Shown here one piece after another: positions 40,414 through 50,200 of a DNA stretch of 64,000 bases. The stretch's first letter is position 1, and every line of letters begins with the position of its first letter. Both the position numbers and the translations under genes were made by a program. The stretch spans positions 64,001-128,000 of IMG/VR virus record IMGVR_UViG_3300044846_004119. The stretch is one strand, 5' to 3'. This DNA is from a virus. The notes beneath the pieces are model-generated. The model saw only the letters and a list, made by a program, of their open reading frames with translations, was not told the origin of the DNA and ran no database searches.

Positions 40414-41295
40414 TTGGAAAATTATTTAGAGGTGGGCCAAACACCACTTATCCCTATTGATATTGATGGAGTCATTATTTGGGGTAAGGCAGAATTTATG
40501 AACCCATCAGGTTCTGTTAAAGACAGACCAATCAAAAACATTTTAACACGAGCGGTAGAGAATGGTTTATTATCCAAAGGAGGTACCGTTGTTGAAGCAA
40601 CTAGTGGAAACGCAGGTATTTCATTTGCCATGTATTGTGCCGAAATGGGGTTTAAATGTGTTATTGTAATGCCATCTAACATGAGTGAAGAACGTAAAAA
40701 AATGTTACGTCTATATGGTGCGGAACTTATTGAAGTTGGACCTGGTGATTTTGATTCTGCAATTAAATTAAGAGATGAGTTGGCAGAAAAAAATGGATGG
40801 TTTAATGGAAATCAATTTGCATCGCCTTGGAATATAGAGGCTCATAAAGAAGGGACAGGTGTTGAACTAATGTATCAGGCAATTAGTAATAAAATTAGAC
40901 CATCAGCATTTGTATTAGGAACTGGTACTGGTGGAACACTAATGGGGGCGGGAGAAACACTTAAAAATTTTTATTATGATATGGAAATTGTTGCGGTTGA
41001 ACCATCAGAGTCACCAGTAATGAGTGGAGGAGAATCAGGATTACATGGGATTCAGGGAATTGGTGATGGTTCTAAGTTTATGGTTGATTTAGATTTTGTT
41101 GACCACATTATTACAATATCAACAGAAGAGGCGACTCAAATGAGTCGTAGATTATCTAAAGATTATGGAATCTTTGTTGGAATTTCTGCGGGAGCAAATG
41201 TTTTGGCCTCACTTAAATACGGACAAAAGTTTGATAAGACAAATATTTTCACTATACTTTGTGATAGAGGAGACAGATACCTTTCAATATTATGA
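40414..41295 (+). CDS. cysK: Cysteine synthase (O-acetylserine sulfhydrylase, PLP-dependent); TTG start
   Basis: GQTPL, KAEFMNPSGSVKDR (PLP lysine), EATSGNAG, GTGTGGT, HGIQGIG, GISAGAN, CDRGDRYLS. Confidence 0.93.
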   Translation: MENYLEVGQTPLIPIDIDGVIIWGKAEFMNPSGSVKDRPIKNILTRAVENGLLSKGGTVVEATSGNAGISFAMYCAEMGFKCVIVMPSNMSEERKKMLRLYGAELIEVGPGDFDSAIKLRDELAEKNGWFNGNQFASPWNIEAHKEGTGVELMYQAISNKIRPSAFVLGTGTGGTLMGAGETLKNFYYDMEIVAVEPSESPVMSGGESGLHGIQGIGDGSKFMVDLDFVDHIITISTEEATQMSRRLSKDYGIFVGISAGANVLASLKYGQKFDKTNIFTILCDRGDRYLSIL

Positions 41296-42071
41296 TTAAA
41301 ACTTTAGTACACTTTTCTGATTTACATATCAGATTATATAAAGACCACAATTTATACCGTTCAATATTAGAACCCGCAATTGAACAATGGAAAGAATTGT
41401 CTCCTGACCGTATTATATTTACGGGAGACTTGGTCCACAGTAAGAATCAATTAACTCCAGAACTTATTGAGTTTGTTGTTTGGATTTTAACAGAATGTTC
41501 TAACATTGCTAAAACAATTATTATACCTGGTAATCACGATTTTTTAACAAATAATACCGAAAGATTAGACGCTCTTACACCTATCATTAATTCTTTGAAT
41601 AATGATAATATTGTATACTACCGAGATAGAGGTGTGTATGAGGATGATAACATTAGTTGGTGTGTTTATTCTCAATACCAAGGAAATATTCCTCCTGATA
41701 TTATTGATGGTAAGGGAAGAAAGATTGGTTTATTTCATGGTCCTATTTCAGGTTTAAAAACAGACCTTGGATTTGAGTTTGGTGAGGAAGCGTATGAGAT
41801 TGAAAAGTTTGATGGTTTGGAAACCGTATTATGTGGTGATATTCACAAACGAGCTGAGTTCCAAATTAAAGGGGGTAAAGGTTATATGATTGGTTCAACA
41901 ATTCAAAATAATTTAGGTGAAAGTATTAGTAAACACGGATATGGTATTTATGATGTTGAAAACAAAGAATATAAATATAAAGATTTATTTAATCCAAAAC
42001 CTTATCTTTCATTTAAAATAACATCATTTGAGGATATTATAAATGGAAAAGAAAAACTCACAAATGTATAA
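41292..42071 (+). CDS. SbcD/Mre11/gp47-like nuclease (calcineurin-like phosphoesterase domain only)
   Basis: FSDLHI, FTGDLVH, PGNHD, FHG, CGDIHK. Confidence 0.85.
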   Translation: MIKTLVHFSDLHIRLYKDHNLYRSILEPAIEQWKELSPDRIIFTGDLVHSKNQLTPELIEFVVWILTECSNIAKTIIIPGNHDFLTNNTERLDALTPIINSLNNDNIVYYRDRGVYEDDNISWCVYSQYQGNIPPDIIDGKGRKIGLFHGPISGLKTDLGFEFGEEAYEIEKFDGLETVLCGDIHKRAEFQIKGGKGYMIGSTIQNNLGESISKHGYGIYDVENKEYKYKDLFNPKPYLSFKITSFEDIINGKEKLTNV

Positions 42072-42672
42072 TATTGATATTAATAACACTAAAGAAATCT
42101 ATGATTTTTGTTTATTAAATAAAATTTTGGATATTGATGGGTTTATTAATAAATGTTTTAAGAATGGATTTCATATTGAAAAGTATGGTTTTATTGGGGA
42201 AGACTCAGGTAAAACACTTAATGATGGTGAAAAAGACTTAAAAACGGGTGGGATTCAGGAAAAACGTGTAGAAATCGAGGTAATCCGAGAAATACGGGTG
42301 GAAGTACCTGTTGAAGTGATTAAAGAAGTTGAAAAAATTGTGGAGGTTATTAAAGAAGTTCCTGTTGAAAAAATAATTGAAAAAATCATCCAAGTTTCTG
42401 ATGATACTCAAATAAATGAACTGTTGTTAAAAATACAACAGTTGGAAAACAGGCCACCTGAAATTGTTGAAGTTATTAAAGAGGTCATTACCCAATCAAA
42501 TAACGATAAGTCATTAATGTTACAAGACACATTGAATAAATTAAGAAAAGAACTTACAGAAAAAAATAGTAAGATAACAGAACTTGAGGGGACTATCAAA
42601 AAATTAGAACAAATAAACATAAATCAAGGGGCGGCTTATATGAAAGGGTCGAACCTAACAAAAAACATATAA
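42064..42672 (+). CDS. Coiled-coil protein with EV(P/I) repeats
   Basis: EVIREIRVEVPVEVIKEVEKIVEVIKEVPVEK. ATG at 42064 preferred over 42043. Confidence 0.65.
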   Translation: MYNIDINNTKEIYDFCLLNKILDIDGFINKCFKNGFHIEKYGFIGEDSGKTLNDGEKDLKTGGIQEKRVEIEVIREIRVEVPVEVIKEVEKIVEVIKEVPVEKIIEKIIQVSDDTQINELLLKIQQLENRPPEIVEVIKEVITQSNNDKSLMLQDTLNKLRKELTEKNSKITELEGTIKKLEQININQGAAYMKGSNLTKNI

Positions 42673-42673
42673 T

Positions 42674-43012
42674 ATGGCAATTTTAATTTGGTTAATCGCC
42701 GCTTATGGAATGAGTAACATACTTGTGTACAGTTCCATATTCGCAGGAATGAGAGAGTTCTTCAAAAAATGGGGAAGTAATAAATTAGTACCTTTACACG
42801 GGATTGGACAATTCATATCGGATTTACTATCTTGTATGATGTGTACTAGTACATGGGTTGGATTTTTCTTCTCATTATGTTATTACTCACCATCACATGA
42901 ATTGATTGGTACAAATATTACATCATTCTTTTTTGATGGTATGATAGCCTCAGGATTTGTATGGGGGATAAATGCAATAATAGAATGGTTCGAAGAGAAT
43001 CGACCTAAATAA
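42674..43012 (+). CDS. DUF1360-like membrane protein
   Basis: LLSCMMCTSTWVG motif with hydrophobic helices. Confidence 0.6.
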   Translation: MAILIWLIAAYGMSNILVYSSIFAGMREFFKKWGSNKLVPLHGIGQFISDLLSCMMCTSTWVGFFFSLCYYSPSHELIGTNITSFFFDGMIASGFVWGINAIIEWFEENRPK

Positions 43013-43034
43013 TTTATAAATAAAAAACAAAAAA

Positions 43035-43304
43035 ATGGGAAAAAAAGCAAAAGAACACAGAAAAAAAACTCAAGCGAGAAACGTAAAAATTAAGGGAGAA
43101 CAAAAAAAAATGCAAAAACTTTACCAAGACATGTTCAGTAAACAATTAACTGACTTAGAATCTAAATTTTCCGGCGAAACAGAAAATTTAACTGTTAAAG
43201 TTGGAGATGTTGAGGTACCTTTTGAGGTGGTGAATAACCCAATTGAAAATATCCTTGAACAAAAACAAGTTGAAAAAATAGAAATTTCTGATTTAGAAAA
43301 ATAA
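43035..43304 (+). CDS. Hypothetical protein (basic N-terminus)
   Basis: MGKKAKEHRKK...; in operon. Confidence 0.6.
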   Translation: MGKKAKEHRKKTQARNVKIKGEQKKMQKLYQDMFSKQLTDLESKFSGETENLTVKVGDVEVPFEVVNNPIENILEQKQVEKIEISDLEK

Positions 43305-43308
43305 TAGA

Positions 43309-45681
43309 ATGGATTTATTTAATCCACCAATAGAATTTAATTATAAAATAATGAATAGTGAATTAGAGTTTGAAACTTTTGATAATCCATATGTACAAGT
43401 TGTATGGGATGATTATGCTGAAAATTTTACTCAAGAAAAGATTAAAAGTGTTAGACATTATTTCCAAAAAAAATACAATACGACTAATGTAAATGTTATT
43501 ACTAAGACTAAGGCTAGTGATGATGTCACTCATACTGTTGACATATCTTTTAATATCTTGGACAAGAATTATCAGTCTGAATTAGTTAAAACATATCTAA
43601 CATCTAAATCTTTAGAGAAGTATTTTGATGAGGTAATTCATCTTGATGGGATTGTTGATAATAAATTATTGGTTAATAACAGTGAAGTTACCCCATTTAA
43701 ACGATGGTTCATTAAGAACATTGAGTTCTCAAATTTCCTTTCATATGGTGAGAATCAGAAATTGGATTTTGAAAAATGTGATGGGATTACCGTAGTTGAG
43801 TCTAACCCACCAAATTTTGGAGGTAAAACAGTTTTAACTGTGGATTTATTATTGTTCTTATTCTTTAATGAGACTACTAAAACATCCAAAGCCGAAGAGG
43901 TCTTCAATCGATTCACCGATAAGAATAAAGTATCCGTTAAAGGAGAAATCATTATCGATGGTGATGAATATATAATTGTTAGACATATTGAAAGAAAAAA
44001 ATCTAAGGCGGGAGAGTGGAATGTTAAAACTGAATTGGACTTTTTTAAAAAGTTGTCTGACGGTAGTTTACAAAACTTTACAGGAGAACAAAGACGAGAA
44101 ACAGAGGCGTTCATTAAAACTTCCATTGGGTCTAAAGAAGATTTCTTAATGACAATCTTAACTACTGCAACTAACTTAGAGGATTTAATTGATTCTAAAC
44201 CAACTGCTAGAGGGCAAGTTTTGTCAAGATTCATGGGGTTAGATTTTCTTAAAAAGAAAGAAGAGGAGGGAAAGGAAATCTACAGTGATTTCTCAAAATC
44301 AATGATGTCTAACATTTATAGTAGTGAAAAGTTAAAAACCGATAATGAAGATTATAATTCTAAAATAGTTGGGTTTAATGAAGAGAACCAACAACTCCAA
44401 AAAGATTTAATTAATGTTCAGGAGAGAATCATTAAAGGTCAGGAATACAAAGATAATTTGTTAAAGAGTAAACATAATGACATTGATAAAGAAATCAGTT
44501 TACTTTCCCCTGATAAAGTAATTTTGGATATAACAACTCTTAAAAGTCAAAGACAAGGTGTTGAAAAACAATTTTCCGAAATAAAAGTTGTTGAACCATC
44601 ATCTTTTTATCATGAGGATGAACATGATAAAGTTAAAGAAGACTACAATGAGGAGTATAAGAAAAAAGTTGAGGTTGACCATAAAATAAAAACTATTGAG
44701 GATTTGAAGAGTTCTGTTGATGGCGGAATTAAATGTGAACATTGTGGAATTAATTTAATGATGGCATCAATTACCCAATCTAAAATTGCCGAACTTGATG
44801 GTTATATTAAGCATAAAGACCAAATTTCGGAGTTAATGCAGGTTTTATTAGGCAAAGAACAAAGTTTCGTACAACTTAAAAAAGAGTTTGATGAGTATGA
44901 AAAAAACAAACTAATAAAAGAAAAATACGAACTTAGTATTGAATCGTTTGATTTAAAAATTAAAAGACTCCAAGAGAAGTTAACAAAATATAATGAGTTA
45001 CAGGATAAGATAACATCCAACGAAAAAATTGAAACCCAATTAATTAAAGCGGGTTTACGTTTAGATGACCTTGATGTTGAAAAAAGTAACACAACAAAAA
45101 AAATAAACAGTAACGATTATCAAATCCAAACGTATAAAGATAAGATTGAACAAAATTTAAAAACAATTGTTAAGATTGGTGAAGAGGCGGAACGAGAAAA
45201 AATCTACAAAATTTATTTGGAAATATATGGTAAAAACGGAGTATCAAAAATGATTATGAAAACGATGATGCCGTTAATCAATTCTGAATTACAAAGGTTG
45301 TTGGAGAATAGTTCTCATTTCAGATTGGAAGTTAATATTAATGATAAGAACGAAGTTGAGTTCCTGATGATTGATAACAATACTCAGGTAGAAAAACTTA
45401 TGGCCTCAGGTTCAGGTTACGAAAGAACAATCGCCTCTTTAGCGTTAAGAGCTGTATTAAGTAAAATTTGTTCATTACCTAAACCAAATATTGTGGTATT
45501 TGATGAAGTCTTTGGTAAAATATCTAACGATAACTTGGATATGGTTTCCGAGTTCTTTACAAAGATTAAAGAATATTTTGAAAAAATATTTGTTATAACA
45601 CATAACCCATTGGTGACCAACTGGTCTGATAATGTGGTTAAGATTAGGAAGGAAGAAAATATTAGTTTTGTGTCACAATAA
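43309..45681 (+). CDS. SbcC/Rad50/gp46-like ATPase with an N-terminal extension
   Basis: IEFSNFLSYG, NFGGKT (Walker A variant), zinc hook CEHCG, signature SGSGYE, Walker B VVFDEVFG, ITHN; long coiled coils. Confidence 0.9.
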   Translation: MDLFNPPIEFNYKIMNSELEFETFDNPYVQVVWDDYAENFTQEKIKSVRHYFQKKYNTTNVNVITKTKASDDVTHTVDISFNILDKNYQSELVKTYLTSKSLEKYFDEVIHLDGIVDNKLLVNNSEVTPFKRWFIKNIEFSNFLSYGENQKLDFEKCDGITVVESNPPNFGGKTVLTVDLLLFLFFNETTKTSKAEEVFNRFTDKNKVSVKGEIIIDGDEYIIVRHIERKKSKAGEWNVKTELDFFKKLSDGSLQNFTGEQRRETEAFIKTSIGSKEDFLMTILTTATNLEDLIDSKPTARGQVLSRFMGLDFLKKKEEEGKEIYSDFSKSMMSNIYSSEKLKTDNEDYNSKIVGFNEENQQLQKDLINVQERIIKGQEYKDNLLKSKHNDIDKEISLLSPDKVILDITTLKSQRQGVEKQFSEIKVVEPSSFYHEDEHDKVKEDYNEEYKKKVEVDHKIKTIEDLKSSVDGGIKCEHCGINLMMASITQSKIAELDGYIKHKDQISELMQVLLGKEQSFVQLKKEFDEYEKNKLIKEKYELSIESFDLKIKRLQEKLTKYNELQDKITSNEKIETQLIKAGLRLDDLDVEKSNTTKKINSNDYQIQTYKDKIEQNLKTIVKIGEEAEREKIYKIYLEIYGKNGVSKMIMKTMMPLINSELQRLLENSSHFRLEVNINDKNEVEFLMIDNNTQVEKLMASGSGYERTIASLALRAVLSKICSLPKPNIVVFDEVFGKISNDNLDMVSEFFTKIKEYFEKIFVITHNPLVTNWSDNVVKIRKEENISFVSQ

Positions 45682-45712
45682 TTTGATATTAACTAAATAA
45701 TTTGTAATTTTG
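45682..45712 (+). promoter_or_regulatory. Bacteroidota sigma70-type promoter
   Basis: TTTG (45682-45685), 19-nt spacer, TAATTTTG (45705-45712); matches the TTTG / TAnnTTTG consensus. Confidence 0.65.
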
Positions 45713-45724
45713 TAAAAAAAACAT

Positions 45725-46279
45725 ATGAATGATAGATTAACTAGTTATATTTTATTTGTCTTTGCTAAACACGATGAACAGGAAGAGTTTATAACATCGT
45801 TAGCTGAGGAACTATCGGTCATATCCGATTCATTAAATATAAAATTTTATTATGGGCCCGAATCTGGTATATTTACTTTTGATACCAAAGATGATTTCTC
45901 GGTTATTAAAGAATATATGGATATAATGTTTTGTGAAAGTAAAATTGTTTATATGTTGTTACCATATGACCATGACAAAATATCAGTTGGTTTTTCGGAT
46001 GATATTTATAACCACTTATTTACACAAAATGTTGGTAAAAATATATCAAGTTTTGAATCTGAGTCGCAAAAAACGTTAAGTGAAGAATTAAAAAGTAGAG
46101 TTGATTTATTTTTTGATAAGATAATTGACGATGAGGACGATGATGAGGATGAGATTAAAAAAATTAAATCTAAACTTTCAGTTCCTTCTTTAGATGACTT
46201 ACTTGATAAAATAAATGATAAAGGCCTTGTATCATTAACAAAAAAAGAACTATCTTTGCTAAAACAATACTCTAAATAA
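45725..46279 (+). CDS. Hypothetical protein with a C-terminal DUF6576-like helical module
   Basis: SLDDLLDKINDKGLVSLTKKELSLL resembles the ILDKI...G..SLT..E motif. Confidence 0.55.
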   Translation: MNDRLTSYILFVFAKHDEQEEFITSLAEELSVISDSLNIKFYYGPESGIFTFDTKDDFSVIKEYMDIMFCESKIVYMLLPYDHDKISVGFSDDIYNHLFTQNVGKNISSFESESQKTLSEELKSRVDLFFDKIIDDEDDDEDEIKKIKSKLSVPSLDDLLDKINDKGLVSLTKKELSLLKQYSK

Positions 46280-46284
46280 AAAAT

Positions 46285-47085
46285 ATGAAAGAAAAAAGCT
46301 CATCAATTTCAATTAACCAAGAAGAGATACAAATATATCTTAAGGACATTCGTAAAATAAAAGTTATGACTCCTGAAAGGGAGAGAGAACTTGCAAAGAT
46401 GATAGCTACTGAGGGTATTACCCAAAGAGAAAAAGATGCAATTCACAAAGAACTTTTAGAAGGTAATTTACGTTTTGTAATTACAGTGGCAAAACAATAT
46501 CAAAATCAAGGATTAGATTTTCCTGATTTAATAGCCGAAGGTAATTTAGGGCTAATGAAAGCCATTAATAATTTTGATTGGTCTAAAAACCTTAGATTTA
46601 TTTCTTATGCGGTTTGGTGGGTTAAACAATCAATCTTACAGTCTTTAAATGACAACTCAAGAACAATTAGATTACCTGTTAATGTTGTTCAAGATTTACA
46701 TCGAGCAAAAAAAGAGGTTGAATCTAATGGTGCTCAACTAGATGATAAATTCCAAAGGTTACCATCGATGATTGATTTGGATATGAATATTAACGAAGAT
46801 GGTGATACTTTAATTGATATTATTAAGAATGACCAAGCGGAGATGCCTGATGAGATATTTAATAGTAAGGATATGTTAAAGTCAAAACTATTAAATCTTC
46901 TTGATTTTTTAGATGAAAGAGAAAAAGTGATTATTGAAGATTATTTTGGATTAACAGGGACACCAAGAACTTTAGAGGATATAGGTGGTGATTTTAACTT
47001 AACAAAGGAGAGAGTTCGTCAGATAAAACAAAAGGCTTTAAGGAAAATAAGAAATGAAAGTGATTGTTTATACGATTATATGTAA
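46285..47085 (+). CDS. RNA polymerase sigma70-family factor (RpoD-like, Bacteroidota-type, no region 1.1)
   Basis: YLKDI, NLRFVITVAKQYQNQGL, EGNLGLMKA, FISYAVWWVKQSI, RTIRLPVN, region 4 TLEDIG..FNLTKERVRQI. Confidence 0.95.
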   Translation: MKEKSSSISINQEEIQIYLKDIRKIKVMTPERERELAKMIATEGITQREKDAIHKELLEGNLRFVITVAKQYQNQGLDFPDLIAEGNLGLMKAINNFDWSKNLRFISYAVWWVKQSILQSLNDNSRTIRLPVNVVQDLHRAKKEVESNGAQLDDKFQRLPSMIDLDMNINEDGDTLIDIIKNDQAEMPDEIFNSKDMLKSKLLNLLDFLDEREKVIIEDYFGLTGTPRTLEDIGGDFNLTKERVRQIKQKALRKIRNESDCLYDYM

Positions 47086-47092
47086 AAAAAAG

Positions 47093-47128
47093 AAAACCTT
47101 CTATTTATTAAGATAGAAGGTTTTTTAC
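47093..47128 (+). terminator. Hairpin terminator overlapping a TATTTATT motif
   Basis: AAAACCTTCTAT-TTATTAAG-ATAGAAGGTTTT 12-bp stem followed by Ts. Confidence 0.75.
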
Positions 47129-47151
47129 TTTTATAAAAAAAACAAAATATT

Positions 47152-47442
47152 ATGAAAGCAATTTTAAATTTTATTGACACTTGGGGAGTTAGAATCATTA
47201 CATTATTAATATTAATTATCTTTTTTAAAACTTGTTCGACTAATGGAAAAGTTGAAAAAGTTCAAAAAAGTGTAGTGGAGACTAACATTAAAGTAGATTC
47301 ATTATCACTTGAATTACAAAAACAAATTAAGATTGAAGGTCTTAAATCTGAAAAAAGAATGATTCAATCTACTGATAGAAAAATTATGGATGTTAACAGA
47401 CAGACAGAAATTGATAAAGAAATATCTCAACTTGATAAATGA
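47152..47442 (+). CDS. Membrane-anchored coiled-coil protein (lysis-cassette candidate)
   Basis: N-terminal TM helix ending in KTC, then coiled coil. Confidence 0.5.
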   Translation: MKAILNFIDTWGVRIITLLILIIFFKTCSTNGKVEKVQKSVVETNIKVDSLSLELQKQIKIEGLKSEKRMIQSTDRKIMDVNRQTEIDKEISQLDK

Positions 47443-48311
47443 AAATAATTTTTTCATGGATTAAATCCAACCCAATTAGGGCTATGTTTTTATTCCCGAT
47501 TATATTAGTTGGGATTATTTCTATTTCCCACGTAGTCTCTTGGTATGATTTAGCGAATCCACTTAGTTGGGCAATCTACCTATCAATAGCTATAGAGATT
47601 GGCGCTATGACGGCATTGATTGCGGCAACAAATCGAATTAAAGGTGGGGTGTGGTTTATGTTTGGGTTAGTTACTTTTGTACAAATGATTGGTAATATAT
47701 TTTTTTCTTATAAAGAAATTGACTCCAACGGGGAATTATTCAAATCTTGGGTAGAACTTACTGGCCCAATATGGGAAGGTTTAGGTTCTGACATTACAGA
47801 TGTTGTATCATTGAAAAGATGGTTAGCATTTTTAGAAGGTGGTTTATTACCAATAATATCTTTAACCTCATTACATTTTTTCATTAAATACGATGAAGGT
47901 AATAGGACTGTTGTTGAACCTGAAGTGTTTGAAAAAATTGTTGAAGTAATTAAAGAAGATTCAGAGAGGGACACCAATGTCCCTCACAAAGAAGATACCA
48001 TACATGATACTATACATGATGAGATTGAGATTCCTGAAAGTTATTTAACACATCATACCACACATTATACCCCTCAAGTCGAAACAATTGTAGTTGAAAA
48101 AATTGTTGAGGTACCTGTTGAGGTTATTAAAGAAGTGGAGAAAATTGTTGAGGTACTTGTTGAGGTTATTAAAGAAGTACCTGTTGAAGTAATTAGAGAA
48201 GTTGAGGTTATTAAAGAAGTATTTGTTGAGGTTATTAAAGAAGTTGAGGTCACAACAACCACAACAACTGAAGATAATATTAAAAGATTAAGTTATATAA
48301 AACCTGATTAA
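47439..48311 (+). CDS. Multi-pass membrane protein (holin-like candidate) with a C-terminal EV(P/I) repeat
   Basis: About 4 hydrophobic helices; VEKIVEVPVEVIKEV repeats; directly upstream of the amidase. Confidence 0.5.
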   Translation: MKIIFSWIKSNPIRAMFLFPIILVGIISISHVVSWYDLANPLSWAIYLSIAIEIGAMTALIAATNRIKGGVWFMFGLVTFVQMIGNIFFSYKEIDSNGELFKSWVELTGPIWEGLGSDITDVVSLKRWLAFLEGGLLPIISLTSLHFFIKYDEGNRTVVEPEVFEKIVEVIKEDSERDTNVPHKEDTIHDTIHDEIEIPESYLTHHTTHYTPQVETIVVEKIVEVPVEVIKEVEKIVEVLVEVIKEVPVEVIREVEVIKEVFVEVIKEVEVTTTTTTEDNIKRLSYIKPD

Positions 48312-48342
48312 GATAACTAAATAAAATTTTAAGTTATATGTT

Positions 48343-48948
48343 ATGTTTGATATAATTAACTACAAAAAATTTAAACCTAAGGGTAAACAAAAGAAAAAAT
48401 ATCAAATAATACTAACCCACACCTCAAGGAACGTTACAGATTATTTAAACTCTATTAAGTATAGATACTCGGGAAATTATCCTAAAATCCCAAACTATAT
48501 TATAACTATGGATGGAAAAGTATTACAACTATTAGACAATACGGAACACACCCAATACTTTGAAGAACCTAATATTAATAGGAATTCAATTATCATTTCA
48601 TTAGAAAATTTAGGATGGTTACAAAAAGAACCGTTAAAAGACTATTACGTTAACTGGATTGGTGATATTTATAAAGGTAATGTGTTTGAGAAAAAATGGA
48701 GAGACTATTTTTTTTGGCAACCTTATACCGATATCCAAGTACAGAATACAAGTATATTGTGTAATATATTGTTTAAAGAAATGTCTATAAAACCAATGAT
48801 TGTTGGGCACAACACAAAAATAAATGGTATTGAAAAATATGAAGGTGTGGTCACTAAAAGTAATTTTGATTTGAATTTTACTGATGTTAGTCCATCTTTT
48901 AATTTTGAAAAATTTTTAAAAAAAATTAATAATGAAAAAAATTGTTAA
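48343..48948 (+). CDS. N-acetylmuramoyl-L-alanine amidase (Amidase_2-like), putative endolysin
   Basis: ILTHT, YIITMDGKVLQ, NRNSIIISLE, YTDIQ, IVGHN, TDVSP; some consensus residues diverged. Confidence 0.7.
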   Translation: MFDIINYKKFKPKGKQKKKYQIILTHTSRNVTDYLNSIKYRYSGNYPKIPNYIITMDGKVLQLLDNTEHTQYFEEPNINRNSIIISLENLGWLQKEPLKDYYVNWIGDIYKGNVFEKKWRDYFFWQPYTDIQVQNTSILCNILFKEMSIKPMIVGHNTKINGIEKYEGVVTKSNFDLNFTDVSPSFNFEKFLKKINNEKNC

Positions 48949-49240
48949 ATTAAATGAATCTGAATTAATAAATTTTATTAAAAAATTTATTGCTGAAGAA
49001 GAATCTGAAGATGATTTTAATGATAATAATTTTACGGTTGAACCTAATGTTAATATGATACCAAGAGAAAAACAACTACAAGGTATGTTTGGTAAATATG
49101 AAGACCAAGTCCCAAATGATGTTTTAAGGTATTTAAGAAAAAATCCACAACTAATTATGAACCGATTAGTTAAAATTTATGGGGATAAATTTTTAGAGTT
49201 TGCCGAAAAAGCTTACATTAAGAACTATAAAATAAAATAA
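48932..49240 (+). CDS. Acidic putative head-associated protein
   Basis: N-terminal MKKIVKLNESELINFIKKFIAEE leader. Confidence 0.55.
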   Translation: MKKIVKLNESELINFIKKFIAEEESEDDFNDNNFTVEPNVNMIPREKQLQGMFGKYEDQVPNDVLRYLRKNPQLIMNRLVKIYGDKFLEFAEKAYIKNYKIK

Positions 49241-49262
49241 TATTTAAATTAATTAAAATACA

Positions 49263-49859
49263 ATGAATAATTCGCACGATGAAATTAAAAATTTATTAAA
49301 AGCCTCTAGAAAATTATTAAATAATGAGACTATTAATGAAGATATCCGTAGACAATATGGGGTATTAACCGAACAAGGTGTTGACATGACTGACGATAAT
49401 GTTACTAAAAAACTTAATATTACACAATCTGTTGAAGACGAAATAGATGATAATACAGAATCCTCAAAAGATAAAACACAAGGGTATAGAATATCTGGTG
49501 GTGTATTGGTTTTACATGGTAAAACCCAAACTGAATTAGAATTAACAACTGATGAAAAAACTGCATTCCAAGAAACTATGGATGAGTTTGTTACTGGGGT
49601 TTCTGATTTAGTTGATTTTAATAAGTTAAATGTATTCCCAAACAATGTTGAATGGTCGGGTAAAATAATTGATTTTGATATTGAGTTTTTTTTCACAATT
49701 GGCGAAGAAAATGGAGTTTATATTAATGGACAAATGATTAAGGTAGATGATAAATTTTTAGATATGGTTAATAAATTAAAAACTTTTTATGAAAAGTTTA
49801 AATCAAAATGGGCTAAAATTATGGCATCAAGAAAAAAAACAAAAAAAACCGAAGAATAA
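49263..49859 (+). CDS. Acidic putative head-associated protein
   Basis: DEIKNLLKASRKLLNNETINE, VLTE and other I/L-x-E sites. Confidence 0.55.
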   Translation: MNNSHDEIKNLLKASRKLLNNETINEDIRRQYGVLTEQGVDMTDDNVTKKLNITQSVEDEIDDNTESSKDKTQGYRISGGVLVLHGKTQTELELTTDEKTAFQETMDEFVTGVSDLVDFNKLNVFPNNVEWSGKIIDFDIEFFFTIGEENGVYINGQMIKVDDKFLDMVNKLKTFYEKFKSKWAKIMASRKKTKKTEE

Positions 49860-50200
49860 TGAAAAAATTTTTTAATGAACAAACAATTTTATTATTAATT
49901 ATTGCCGTATTGGCAATTTGGAATATATTCAACACTAACAGTATTAAAACGGATGTTGATTCATATAAAGATAAGATAAAGACAATTCAAGTACAAGTAG
50001 ACTCTGTCCAAACGGTAAATAAAGAAATTGATGGAAAAATTGGTAAAGTTGACAAAAAAATTGTTAATGTTACTAAAGAGATTCATCATATTGATAATAC
50101 AATAACAATAGTAAAAAATAACACAAATGAAAAAATTAATACTGCTGACAATTTTGGCGTTAACGAGCTTGAATTGTTTTTCGCAAACAGGTACCAATAA
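49859..50200 (+). CDS. TM + coiled-coil protein (i-spanin-like candidate)
   Basis: N-terminal TM helix, coiled coil, overlaps the next gene by 74 nt in another frame. Confidence 0.5.
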   Translation: MKKFFNEQTILLLIIAVLAIWNIFNTNSIKTDVDSYKDKIKTIQVQVDSVQTVNKEIDGKIGKVDKKIVNVTKEIHHIDNTITIVKNNTNEKINTADNFGVNELELFFANRYQ

